A model generated the notes under the pieces. The model was given only the letters and a program-made list of their open reading frames with translations, was not told the DNA's origin and did not search any database. A stretch of 64,000 nt of DNA, taken from positions 42,606-106,605 of the forward strand of contig CAVWFR010000026.1 of assembly GCA_963754305.1 (NCBI GenBank), in the 5' to 3' direction. This DNA is from an uncultured beta proteobacterium (GTDB lineage Bacteria > Pseudomonadota > Gammaproteobacteria > Burkholderiales > SG8-39). This document shows positions 8,823 to 18,024 of the stretch, piece by piece; positions within the stretch are counted from its first letter, which is position 1, and every line of letters begins with the position of its first letter. The position numbers and the translations under genes are program-made.

Positions 8823-11800
8823 TCACGGCGCGCGGTCGGGCCGCCCGACGAACGGATCGAGGAGGTCGATCGGCGTCTTGACGACCGCGCGTAAGAGATT
8901 CACCAGGCCGTCGCCGATCGCCGCCGGCCCGAGCGGGACGACCCGCGGGTCGTCCAGATCGCCGGTGACGCTGACCGGAATCCCGACCACGCGGGCGCCG
9001 AAGATGCCGCCGATGATCGGGATGTGCTGCATCACCTCCTGGATGCGGTTGAACGGCGCGACGATGCCGCGCATGTCGACTTGCCCCGCAGGAACGTCGA
9101 CCTCGCCGGTCATCGCGAGCCCGAGCGCCGCCGCGTTCAGCGTACCGCTCTCGACGCGCACGCGGCCGCCGTCGACCGTACCCGCGACGGCGAGCTCGCT
9201 GTAGTCGAGGCCCCTTGCCATCAGCTCCGACGGCCGGGCGCGCAGCACCGCGCCGACCGCGTCGAGCGATAGGATGCGCGCGAGGGCCGGTGCCTCCTGG
9301 ATCTGCCCGTCGCGCGCCGTGAATCGGAAGGTGCCGTGCATGGCGCGCGCCAGAGCGTCGGGCGGTCCGCTCGCAGCGAGGTCGGCGTCGAGATCGAACG
9401 TCCCGGTTAGCGCGATGTGCACGCCGGTCAGGCAGATCACCGTTCCCTTGATCGCCTCGCCGCGCGCCGCGATCTTCCACGTCACGCTCGCGCTGCCGGG
9501 CACGAACACCGCGTGCAGCGGCCACGGGAGGTCGCAGAGCCGCGCCTCCTTCACGTCCGCCACGATGCGCTCCGGCGCCAGCATGACGGTGCCCGACACC
9601 GAGCGCGCGATGTACCGGCCGTAGGCGAGGCTCTTCGCGTCGACGGCGATGCGGCCTTCAACCGGCAGGTTCCAGCCAGCCGCGCCTCGCGGCCCGGCCT
9701 CGCCGCGCGGGAACGCGCGGAGCAGGGGCTCGGCGTCGATCGCGTCCGCCGTCGCGCGGAGATCGAGCCCGAACGTCTTCGGCTGGCGCGTGACCGCGCC
9801 GGTGAGCGCGAGCGGCTCGCCGGCGATCACGAATGCGCCTTCGTGGATCCGGACGGCGTCGCCGGCGACGTCGAGGCGCACGCGCTCGATCGCGACCGGG
9901 ATGTCCCAGCGCTCCAGGATGTCGATCCGGTCGCCCTCGAGCGCGCCGGTCGCGCTCGAGCTGGCGCGGGTCGGCGAGATCGATCGTCGCGCTGAAATCG
10001 CCCTGCAGCGCGCCATCCCCTTGCGGCGGATGAGCGAGCACCCGGGCGAGCGTGCGGTTGTCGAGTTTCCCCTTGAACGTGAGCTCGAGCGTCGAGGCCG
10101 CCCACTTCAGCGACGCAGTAGTGTCGGTGTCGGGGTCGTTCACCACCAGCCGCCGGAGATCGAAGTCGCCCGATTGCGTGGTGAGGTCGAAATCGGCCCG
10201 CACGCCGCTGGCGAGGCCGAGCGACGCTTGCGCGGCGAGCGGGGCGGCTTGCCCGCCGGCGCGCTGCACGCGCCCCGACGCGAGCGTGAGCGGCGTGCGC
10301 GGCATCACCTTGAGCGGCAGCCGCCAGCGCGCGCGCGCCCACTCGAGGGTACGGTCACCGGCGCTGCCGTCGGCGAGCGTGAGGTCGAGCTGCGGTTCGT
10401 CCGACGCGTAGTCCGCGATCGTTCCGGACGCGACGACGCGCGCGTCGAGCATCGACGCGTCGAGCCGGTCGAGCGCGACCGAGCGCGGCGTCACCCGCAG
10501 CTCGCCGGCGGAGAGAGTCACCGGCGCAGGTAGCGTCCCCCCGGAGAAGCGCGCCGGCTGAGGTCGGAGCACCGCTTCGTAGTCGAGCGCCGCCGGGTGG
10601 TTCACCGGACCGGAGAGCCGCGCGAGCCTGGACCGCGACCGTACCGGTCGCGTTGAGGATCCCGCTCGTCGGTCGCCGCAGTCCCTCCAGCGAAGCTAGC
10701 CAGGGGTAGATCTCGTCGAGCACGACCACGGCGTCCGCACTTGCCGCGCGCACGGCGGGCTCCCGTCCCAGCGCGAGCTCCAGCGCGCCGCCCTGGATCC
10801 GCGAACGCCCGAGGCTCGCGTCGAGCCGGCGCACGTCGAGACGATCGCCGGCGTAGCGGACCGCGCCGCCCGTGACCTCGATCGGCAACGGCAGGCCACG
10901 GTAGCGCCCGCTCGCCTGCATCCGAGTGAGGTCGACCGCGACGTGCGCGCGGCTGCGGTCGGTTTCGTACGCCACCGTGCCCGACGCGCGCCCGCGCACC
11001 GACTCGACGTTGGCGAGCGCGGCAGGCTCGGGCTTGCCGACCAGGCGCCGCACGATCGCGAGCGTCTCGGCGAGCTCCGCGTCGACCGCCGCCTCGAGCT
11101 TGCGCAGCGCCGCGTCGGGTATGAGGTCGACGGCGAGCGCGCCGCCGGTAAACGTCGACTTGCCGATCGCGCCCGCGAGCTCGGTCCCCCGCAGCGTGCC
11201 GTCGGCGAGCGCGAAGCGCCCGGCGCCGCCGGTAACCGCGATGCCGAACGCCGGCAGCTCGAGCGCACCGTTCGCGAGCTGTGCCTCCACGCGCATCGCC
11301 CCGAGCGCCCCGAGCGCGCCGAAATCGCTCCCCGCTGCGCCGGCGCTCAAGCCGCTCACCGTTCCGGTCGGGACGAATGCGACCGCCGCGCGCACGGCGT
11401 CGAGATCGCCGACGAGCGCCGCAAGGGCTGAGCGCACGCGAGCAAGATCGAGCGCGGGGACCTGCACCTCGATCGCCGGCGCCGTGCCATCCGCCTTCGC
11501 GCGCAGCGTCCCCGTCGCCGCCGGGAGGAGGTCGCCTGCCTTGAGCTCGCGCACCGAAACCGCGAGCGTGGTCTCGTCGCGCTGCGCGTCCAGCGCGGCG
11601 CGCACCGGACCCAGATCGAGCGCGCGGGAACCGCGTGTGAGCGTCATTCCCGGCGCCGCCGCGGTAGCCGTCGCGCGCACGCTCGCGCGTCCGTCCGTTT
11701 GCGCCTCGAGGGACGCGTCGACAGCGCCGGCGCTCACGCGCATCTCGCCCTGCGCGCCGGCCGCCTGCAGCAGCTCCGCCAGGCGCAGGCCGCTCAGCTG

Positions 11801-12454
11801 CAGCTTGCCCGTCGCCGCGAGCGAGCCCGGCGCGATCTTCAGGTCCGCCTTGGCGGTGCGCCACAGATCCGCGGCACCGCTCGCGCTGACTGTGATCGCA
11901 TCCGCCGCGACCTGCGCGTCGGCCGCGAGCCCGGCGAGCGACACCATCCGCTGCCCCGCATACACCACGCCGACCTTGCCGTCGGTGATCCTGAGCGACA
12001 TCCCGCGCGCGTCGCGGACGAGCGCGTCGACGACCGGGCCGAGCGCGGCGCGGTACGCGGCGAGCGGGTCCCCCCCACCGCCGCCGCCGGGCTGGATCGT
12101 GATCTCGAGCTCGGGCCGCCCGACGTTCACCGCCGCCGGACGGACGTTGCCGCTGAGCAGCGGCAACAACGCGATGCGGATCTCGAGCGCACCGATCCGG
12201 CCGTCGAGGGTGCCGGGGATGCGGACGGTGGCGTTGCGGGCTTCGGCGTACGGTTGCGGGAAGAAGCGCAGCTTGAGCGACTCGTAGCGCACCTCGCCGC
12301 CGGCGACCGCCGAGATCCGCTGCTCGACGGCGCGCCGGACGCGGTCGGCGTCGACGAAGAGCGGTGCCGCGGCGAGGGCGGCGACGAGGAGCGCCGCGAT
12401 GGCGGCGATCCCGAAGACGATGCGGCGCAGCCAGCCGGTCCGAGGTGCGGGCAT
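8823..12454 (-). pseudogene. AsmA-family large envelope protein (about 1210 aa if repaired), two frameshifts (possibly sequencing errors)
   Basis: ATG at 12454 gives MPAPRTGWLRRIVFGIAAIAALLVAALAAAPLF, an N-terminal anchor plus AsmA-like N-domain. The sequence continues through three listed ORFs in three frames: 10355..12517, 9658..10605 and 8823..10016. Junctions are near 10627 (..TGTVAVQ / LARLSGPVNHPAALDYE..) and near 9948 (..IDLADPRQLE.. / ..GALEGDRIDILERW..). The C-terminus ..QEVMQHIPIIGGIFGARVVGIPVSVTGDLDDPRVVPL.. is AsmA-like. The span is 3n+2. Confidence 0.75.
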
Positions 12455-12528
12455 GCCCAACCCTAATGCAGCCGGGAACGATCCGCGGCGAAGGCTTGCC
12501 GATGAATCATCTCCCATCCGAGCGTCGG

Positions 12529-12790
12529 TTACCGCTGGCGCGTACCACTGTCATTGCCTGCGCCTTCCGCCAGGAGGGGGCTTCCTGGCGAACGGGCTTC
12601 CAACCCTGACCCGGTCGTGGACGCCGTCGGGGAACCGGGAGGCGGATAGACGATCGATCCGCGGATCTGACCGGCCTGTTCCCGCGAGAAGTTCGGGAAG
12701 GGAAGGGAGCCCTCGTCCCGCCACTCTCGCACCCTGGCTTCCGCTTCCAGTGCTTTCCCCTCGTCGGGACCGTGGTCCGTTCGAAATCGC
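12529..12790 (-). pseudogene. orphan 3'-terminal fragment of an MscS-family channel gene
   Basis: Minus-strand reading gives ..TDHGPDEGKALEAEARVREWRDEGSLPFPNFSREQAGQIRGSIVYPPPGSPTAS..EARSPGSP.. with a stop at 12529. This parallels the C-terminus of the full gene at 15584..17533 (..SDRGPDERKALEAEARVREWRDEGSLPFPNFSPEQAGQIRGSVVYPPPGS..). No MscS-like sequence lies upstream of about 12790. Confidence 0.6.
12575..12790 (-). repeat. direct repeat B, downstream copy (orphan MscS 3' fragment)
   Basis: 12631-12790 aligns ungapped to 15698-15857 (offset 3067). I counted about 13 mismatches there. Identical runs are 12684-12717 (34 nt) and 12719-12758 (40 nt). 12575-12630 aligns more loosely, with indels, to about 15640-15697. 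Confidence 0.8.
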
Positions 12791-12898
12791 CCGGCTTCCA
12801 GGTCTTGAAAAATGCGGAGTGCTCCAGACCAGGCGGCCCGCTCGAACCATTCTTCACCAAACAGTGGCGGCCGAGCGAAATCGAGCTGGTGAAGTAAA

Positions 12899-14311
12899 TC
12901 ACCCGGCGCGCCTGAGAACCGCGGGCCGTGTCAACAGGCTCTCTAGTCGCTGGCAGCACGCGCCGGCGAGAATCTTCCAGAACGGTCTCGAGATTTCTTC
13001 GAGCGGGCGGCCCGGATCCCCAGGCTCAAGCCCATAGCGGATGAGCGCAACCAGGTCTGAACTCACCGCAGGGTCAGAGACGAAATAGCTGTGACCGATG
13101 AAACCGAGTGTTTCGGTGACCTCGATAAAGGTGGCCCAGCCGGCGATTGCCCGCGACTTGTCGAGGTCTTCCTTGCTGAGCGTTGACTGCTTAACACGTC
13201 CCATCCGGCGCAGGCTGCCCATCAAAAATTCGGCCAAGCTGAGCGCCTTATCGCCCTCCGACATGTAAACAGTGAGGCGCAGCGTGGGATGAGGGAAGAC
13301 GAACCGCGGATTCGGCGCATTCCTGTAGGGCAGGTCGGGGTCGGATTCGATGCTGAACAGCTTGGCTATCGCGACATCTAAATCCAGGTCAGGCGACATC
13401 AGCACGATGTTACGTACCTTGAATCTGCTGTCGAGCAGCATCCCGTTTATGTAGGCCTCGATCTCGAGCTCGCGCAAGGCCGTAGTCAACACATCGGTGC
13501 CGCGACTGTGGGCAAGGAGGTGCATCCGCTCCACTCCGGGCGTGTCGGCGATGATGCGGATGGCCTGCTTGAGGTGAAACACGGCGAACTCGCCCGACTC
13601 GCGATCGACGTTGTAGCCGAAGAACAGGCCGCGCGAGCCGCCCGCGGGCCACGTGAAGATCGCGCAGACGAACTCGCGACCGAGGAAATGGCACAGCTCG
13701 CCCATCGTGAACGACGCGTCCTGGAACGTGTTGGCGTAACCATGGACGAATAGCACGACTTCCTTGCGCGGCGCGGCGGCGAGCCGGCGCGCAACCTCAG
13801 CCTGCAGCGCGGCTGCCGCCTTCTCATGCGCGCCAATCGCAGCGGGGGTCCGCACGAGGCCTGCGGGGGTGGCCTCGACGCCGTAGGAGATCGCCGGAAA
13901 TCGCCCAAGCTCCGTCGTCGGTCCGAGCCTCAAGTCAAGCGGCACCGAGCGCTCGCTCAGGGTGCTCTGGGCAACCAACGTGTTCCAGGGGACCCCTTCG
14001 CCGAACTCGATCGTGACCGCGCCGAACGCCATCGAATGCGAGCGCTCGGCGCTGTAGGGAAGCGTCTTGGCCGCCTCGGTTCCCGGCGCGCGATTGGTGA
14101 CGTACAGCAGATCGACGGAGGCTTTCTGGCTATCGGCCGGAATATCCGCGAACAGGGGCTTGGCCTGTTGCCCGACGTACACCGTTGGAGTGGGCATCAG
14201 CGGATAGGTGGTTGCGCAGCCGGTGAACAGCGCGATTGCCGCAAGCATCGCGATATGGCGGCAATACCGGTACGCGGCGGCACCAATGCCCAGGGCGCGG
14301 ATGAGGATCAC
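12899..14311 (-). CDS. alpha/beta hydrolase lipoprotein (DUF900-type)
   Basis: 470-aa ORF starting at GTG 14311. The lipobox ..AMLAAIALFTGC suggests a lipoprotein; an alternative ATG at 14248 would leave too short a signal. The nucleophile elbow is HLLAHSRGT, preceded by VVLFVHGYANTF. The layout matches what I recall for Pfam DUF900 hydrolases. G+C is visibly lower than in the neighbours. Confidence 0.7.
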   Translation of the reverse strand: MILIRALGIGAAAYRYCRHIAMLAAIALFTGCATTYPLMPTPTVYVGQQAKPLFADIPADSQKASVDLLYVTNRAPGTEAAKTLPYSAERSHSMAFGAVTIEFGEGVPWNTLVAQSTLSERSVPLDLRLGPTTELGRFPAISYGVEATPAGLVRTPAAIGAHEKAAAALQAEVARRLAAAPRKEVVLFVHGYANTFQDASFTMGELCHFLGREFVCAIFTWPAGGSRGLFFGYNVDRESGEFAVFHLKQAIRIIADTPGVERMHLLAHSRGTDVLTTALRELEIEAYINGMLLDSRFKVRNIVLMSPDLDLDVAIAKLFSIESDPDLPYRNAPNPRFVFPHPTLRLTVYMSEGDKALSLAEFLMGSLRRMGRVKQSTLSKEDLDKSRAIAGWATFIEVTETLGFIGHSYFVSDPAVSSDLVALIRYGLEPGDPGRPLEEISRPFWKILAGACCQRLESLLTRPAVLRRAG

Positions 14312-14424
14312 TTCTCAAATGTCGTTGGCTCATGTTCGAGCTTCGTCAAGTCGGCTAAGGTGCAGCGTCGCAATACTGCAACGATACTCCCCGCAGGTCG
14401 GTTTCCAGCTTCAATGCGGCCGCG

Positions 14425-15456
14425 TTACGGGACTGCAGGCCGAGGGTCGGGCAGCCCTTCGCGTATCCGTTGTGAAAATGCGGGATCCCGATCCGCCGCC
14501 TTCGCCTTGCCGTCGATGTGGCTCAGCCTGCGCAGCTCTTCGAAGGGCAGGCGCGTGTCCACGATGCTCTGGTCGTACAAGCGCTCGTCCAGGTAGCCGT
14601 TGGCCAACAGGCGCCAATCGAAAGGAGGTGCGTCCGGTTCGACGTGTTCCGCGTGGCGGCGGATGCTCGTCGTACAGTTGTCGACGAGCGCATTGTAGAA
14701 CTGCGGGCGTTCAACCAGGCCGTTGATGCTGTCGACGTAGTCCAGCAACAGCGCCCGGGCCAGCGCCGGTGTGGACTTGAGTCGGTAAAGGTAGACCTGC
14801 TCGCCGCGATGATTGGTGCGCAGCCCCACCACGTCGCGCTCGTCGGCCACCACATAGATGATTTCGTACTGCCTGAAAAAGCCCTTGAGTGCGGAGTATT
14901 CCTGCCCCCTGCGCTTGCGCGTCTCGATCGAGACGGCTAGTGGCGGCGCGTTCTCGAACTGCCAGCTCATGATCGTGTGCGCGATGGCCGGCGAACCCCA
15001 ATAGGACATGAAGAAGTCGACCCCGCGCAGCTTGGAGAGATCGTAGGTGCGATCCTCGTAGCGCGCGGTGAAGTCGCCTTCGGTGCGGTAATCGAAGTTA
15101 CGAACGTTGCGGATGGTCAGCTGCTCTCCCCGCACCTCGACCCGCGGCAAGCGCGCCACATCGGGCTGCCAGTCGCGGTCGTTGCTGGGCCGAATCGTGC
15201 TCCACCAGATGAGCAAGGCGACAAGGGCGAGGCCCCAGACCGCGAGTGCCCAGCCGAACGGGCGCAACCACAGAAGGATCGCCAGCGTGCCCAATGCGTA
15301 AGCCGCCGCGAACCCAGTCCTAAGCCACGCGGGGTCGGGCCCCGCAAATACCAGGGCAAGCGTCCACCACGCCGTCACCAAGAGGATGGGTATGCTCGCA
15401 GCGACACTTGTCGCGCGTTTCACGTCGGATTTCCTCTCTCGACATCCGTCGTTCAA
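14425..15456 (-). CDS. DUF4105-domain membrane protein (N-terminal transmembrane helices plus periplasmic domain)
   Basis: 343-aa ORF. Hydrophobic helices at the N-terminus (..IPILLVTAWWTLALVFAG.., ..AAAYALGTLAILLWL.., ..WALAVWGLALVALLIWW..). These are followed by ..RPSNDRDWQPDVARLP.., ..SYWGSPAIAHTIMSW.., ..YNALVDNCTTS.., which I recognise as DUF4105-like. It lies 114 nt upstream of, and co-oriented with, the DUF900 gene. Confidence 0.65.
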   Translation of the reverse strand: MNDGCRERKSDVKRATSVAASIPILLVTAWWTLALVFAGPDPAWLRTGFAAAYALGTLAILLWLRPFGWALAVWGLALVALLIWWSTIRPSNDRDWQPDVARLPRVEVRGEQLTIRNVRNFDYRTEGDFTARYEDRTYDLSKLRGVDFFMSYWGSPAIAHTIMSWQFENAPPLAVSIETRKRRGQEYSALKGFFRQYEIIYVVADERDVVGLRTNHRGEQVYLYRLKSTPALARALLLDYVDSINGLVERPQFYNALVDNCTTSIRRHAEHVEPDAPPFDWRLLANGYLDERLYDQSIVDTRLPFEELRRLSHIDGKAKAADRDPAFSQRIREGLPDPRPAVP

Positions 15457-15583
15457 GCGGCCGGCCCTTCCAGGAGCGACAGGCTCATCCGCACTGGCCG
15501 CTGGGTATTGCTAACCTAAGTTGTTATTTCCCGCCTTCACTCGCCGAAGCACGGGGAAGACCGCCGAGTTCCCTAAGTTTTCT

Positions 15584-17533
15584 CTAGGTTCGCTTTGGCC
15601 GCCCGACCCTTGCATGGTCGTCGGCCAGGTCTTCTGCCGACGGGGGATTCCCCGGCGAACGCGCTTCCGACCCCGATCGGGCGGCGGGGGCTGCCGTGGA
15701 ACCGGGCGGCGGATAGACGACGGATCCGCGGATCTGGCCGGCCTGTTCCGGCGAGAAGTTCGGGAAGGGAAGGGAGCCCTCGTCTCGCCACTCTCGCACC
15801 CTGGCTTCCGCTTCCAGTGCTTTCCTCTCGTCCGGGCCGCGGTCGCTACCGAGATACAGCGTCTGCGAGGGAAACGCGAACGCCGCGCCGGCTTGCTCGA
15901 CGAGATCCATGATCCGCAGCAGGATGTCCTGCCGAATGCCGAGGAATTCCGCCCAGTCGCGGGTCATCACGTAGGCGAACACCTCGATGTCCACGGAGGA
16001 GGCCCCGAACCCGATGAACCGCGCGCGCGCCGGGTCGGGGTCAACTCGAGGATGGCCCAGCAGCAATTGCTGGAGCTTGACGAGGACGTAGCGCAGCTGT
16101 TCCGGTTTTGTCTCGTAGCGCAAACCGATGACGGTCTGGATCAGCATCTGGTCCCGCCGCGTGAGGTTCACGATCGGCATCTTGGCCAGCGCCGCGTTGG
16201 GAATCGTCGTGAGCGTGCGATCCACGCCTCGGATCCGGGCCGAGCGAATGCCGATCGCCTCCACCGTCCCGACCGCGTCGCCGTATTTGCAGACATCGCC
16301 GACCCGGACGGGCTTGTCCGCGAACAGGCTCAAGCCCCCGATCAGATTCTCGACGGTCGGCTGCGCGGCCAGGGCGATGGCCAATCCCCCGACGCCCAGC
16401 CCGGCGACGATTCCATACACCGGCACCCCCAACCGGTCCGCACCCACCGCGAGCAGCGCCATGCCGACGACGATTCCCAGCAGACGGGCGCCGACGCGGA
16501 TGAGATGGGCGTCGATGCTCTCGGGCGCGATTCTCGGCGAGGCGATGATCGCTTCGGCGACCACTGGTGCGAGGCGCCACGCCATCCATGCGCCGGCGAG
16601 GAACACGACCGCGGTCGCTGCGAGTTCGATCGCGCTGCCCAGGGCACCGACCACGTTGAGCTGATCGAGCGCCAGGTAGGCCGCCGCTGGCGTCGCGGCG
16701 AGAACCGAGGCCGGCAGAGCGAACTGCGCCAATGCCCGTAGAAACGGGTGCTCGTGGCCGCCCAGCTGCGACACGCGGTACGCGAACCACAGGAAGAGCG
16801 CGAGAACGCCCAGGACCAGGGCGAGGCCGATCCACTTCCAGCCCGACTGGCCGGCAATCGGGGTGCGCAGCGACGCCGGCAGCGATTGAATCCAGGCGTA
16901 CGGAACCATCCAGCCCCCGGCGATGGCGTCGAACTCTTTCAGGTTTTCGAAAGGAACCGGACGGATGTAGGGCAATCCGCGAACCCGCTCGTAGAACTCG
17001 TCCGCCCGGGCAACGGTCTCGGCGCTGAACAGGAACTCGCCGCTGCGTGGCCCGCTTTGCGCGCGTTCGAGGGCAATCTCCGTGTTCGGGATCACCCAGC
17101 GCGTCGGGCCGGTGCTGGCGGGCTGCTTGACCTGACTGGCGTCGGGGATCTCGTCGAGAGGCGGAAGCGGGATCCTGCTCAGGATCTCGTACAAGGCCAC
17201 CGCCGCCGCCACGCCCGTCGTTTCGCGGGCCGCCGGCGGCACCTCGCTCAAGTCCAGAGATTGCACGGGAATCCTGCTCAGGGCGATCAGGCGGTCCTGC
17301 GCGCGCGAGGGAGACGGCAGGTAGTCGCGCGCCAGAAACGCGGCAACGTTGTCAACGGAATCGAGAAACGTCTTCAGCGTGGCGCGCGGACTTGATCGGT
17401 CGGGGGGCTTGAGCGGATGCACCTGCTCCTGGGCGAGCGCGACCGCGGCAATCAGGAGAAACGCCAATGGCGCAACCAGCCGGCAAAGCCGCTTGCCGCC
17501 CGCCGAAAGAAAACCCGATCCGAGCCTCGTCAT
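15584..17533 (-). CDS. mechanosensitive ion channel family protein (MscS-like, large periplasmic N-domain)
   Basis: ATG at 17533 inside ORF 15584..17770 gives signal-like MTRLGSGFLSAGGKRLCRLVAPLAFLLIAAVALAQEQ. The MscS core is ..PTVENLIGGLSLFADKPVRVGDVCKYGDAVGTVEAIGIRSARIRGVDRTLTTIPNAALAKMPIVNLTRRD.. . Confidence 0.85.
   Translation of the reverse strand: MTRLGSGFLSAGGKRLCRLVAPLAFLLIAAVALAQEQVHPLKPPDRSSPRATLKTFLDSVDNVAAFLARDYLPSPSRAQDRLIALSRIPVQSLDLSEVPPAARETTGVAAAVALYEILSRIPLPPLDEIPDASQVKQPASTGPTRWVIPNTEIALERAQSGPRSGEFLFSAETVARADEFYERVRGLPYIRPVPFENLKEFDAIAGGWMVPYAWIQSLPASLRTPIAGQSGWKWIGLALVLGVLALFLWFAYRVSQLGGHEHPFLRALAQFALPASVLAATPAAAYLALDQLNVVGALGSAIELAATAVVFLAGAWMAWRLAPVVAEAIIASPRIAPESIDAHLIRVGARLLGIVVGMALLAVGADRLGVPVYGIVAGLGVGGLAIALAAQPTVENLIGGLSLFADKPVRVGDVCKYGDAVGTVEAIGIRSARIRGVDRTLTTIPNAALAKMPIVNLTRRDQMLIQTVIGLRYETKPEQLRYVLVKLQQLLLGHPRVDPDPARARFIGFGASSVDIEVFAYVMTRDWAEFLGIRQDILLRIMDLVEQAGAAFAFPSQTLYLGSDRGPDERKALEAEARVREWRDEGSLPFPNFSPEQAGQIRGSVVYPPPGSTAAPAARSGSEARSPGNPPSAEDLADDHARVGRPKRT
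15640..15857 (-). repeat. direct repeat B, upstream copy (3' end of the intact MscS-family gene)
   Basis: See 12575..12790. Confidence 0.8.
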
Positions 17534-18024
17534 CGGTCGATCTCCTCCTCGAGTCAGAGCCCGGCGGCCCAGCGCTATTGCCACGCGATGCCGACCGCGC
17601 TGAACTGGTTCCGGTGCGAGCCGCCAGTGGGTGGGCGAGCTGCAAGAGCGGGGTGCATCCGGCGCCGAGCATGAAGACGTTCGCACGATTGTCCCGCCAG
17701 AACGCGCCTCCGGCGCAAAGAAGCCCAGCGCGTTGCTCTCGCCGCCCGCGGCTTCCTGCCATCCGTGCATGAGGCGAGTCTAGCCCAGTGCGCGAAGGGA
17801 CAAAGCGGGCGTGCTCGCGCGAGCAGCAGCCCCTAACCCTGATTGCCTCGAAGAGGTACCCAACCCAGCAATCCGGACGACGGCCAACAAAACGGTATGC
17901 GAGAATTCTCGCGCTTGGCTTGAAAGGTATCCTGCTTGCGCTCATTCGCGGATACCCGCCCGCTCGAGCGGATCTGCCAATGAAGGAGTCGCCAGCGTAC
18001 TGTTCCGCCGTCGACGCTCGATTG

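Noticed and set aside
6404-8881. 825-aa plus-strand ORF
   Set aside because: It is in the wrong frame across the RND 3' end and most of the OMF gene. Only about 7322-7390 of this frame (SIAALVSGCTVGPDYSRP) is genuine, as the middle piece of the frameshifted OMF.
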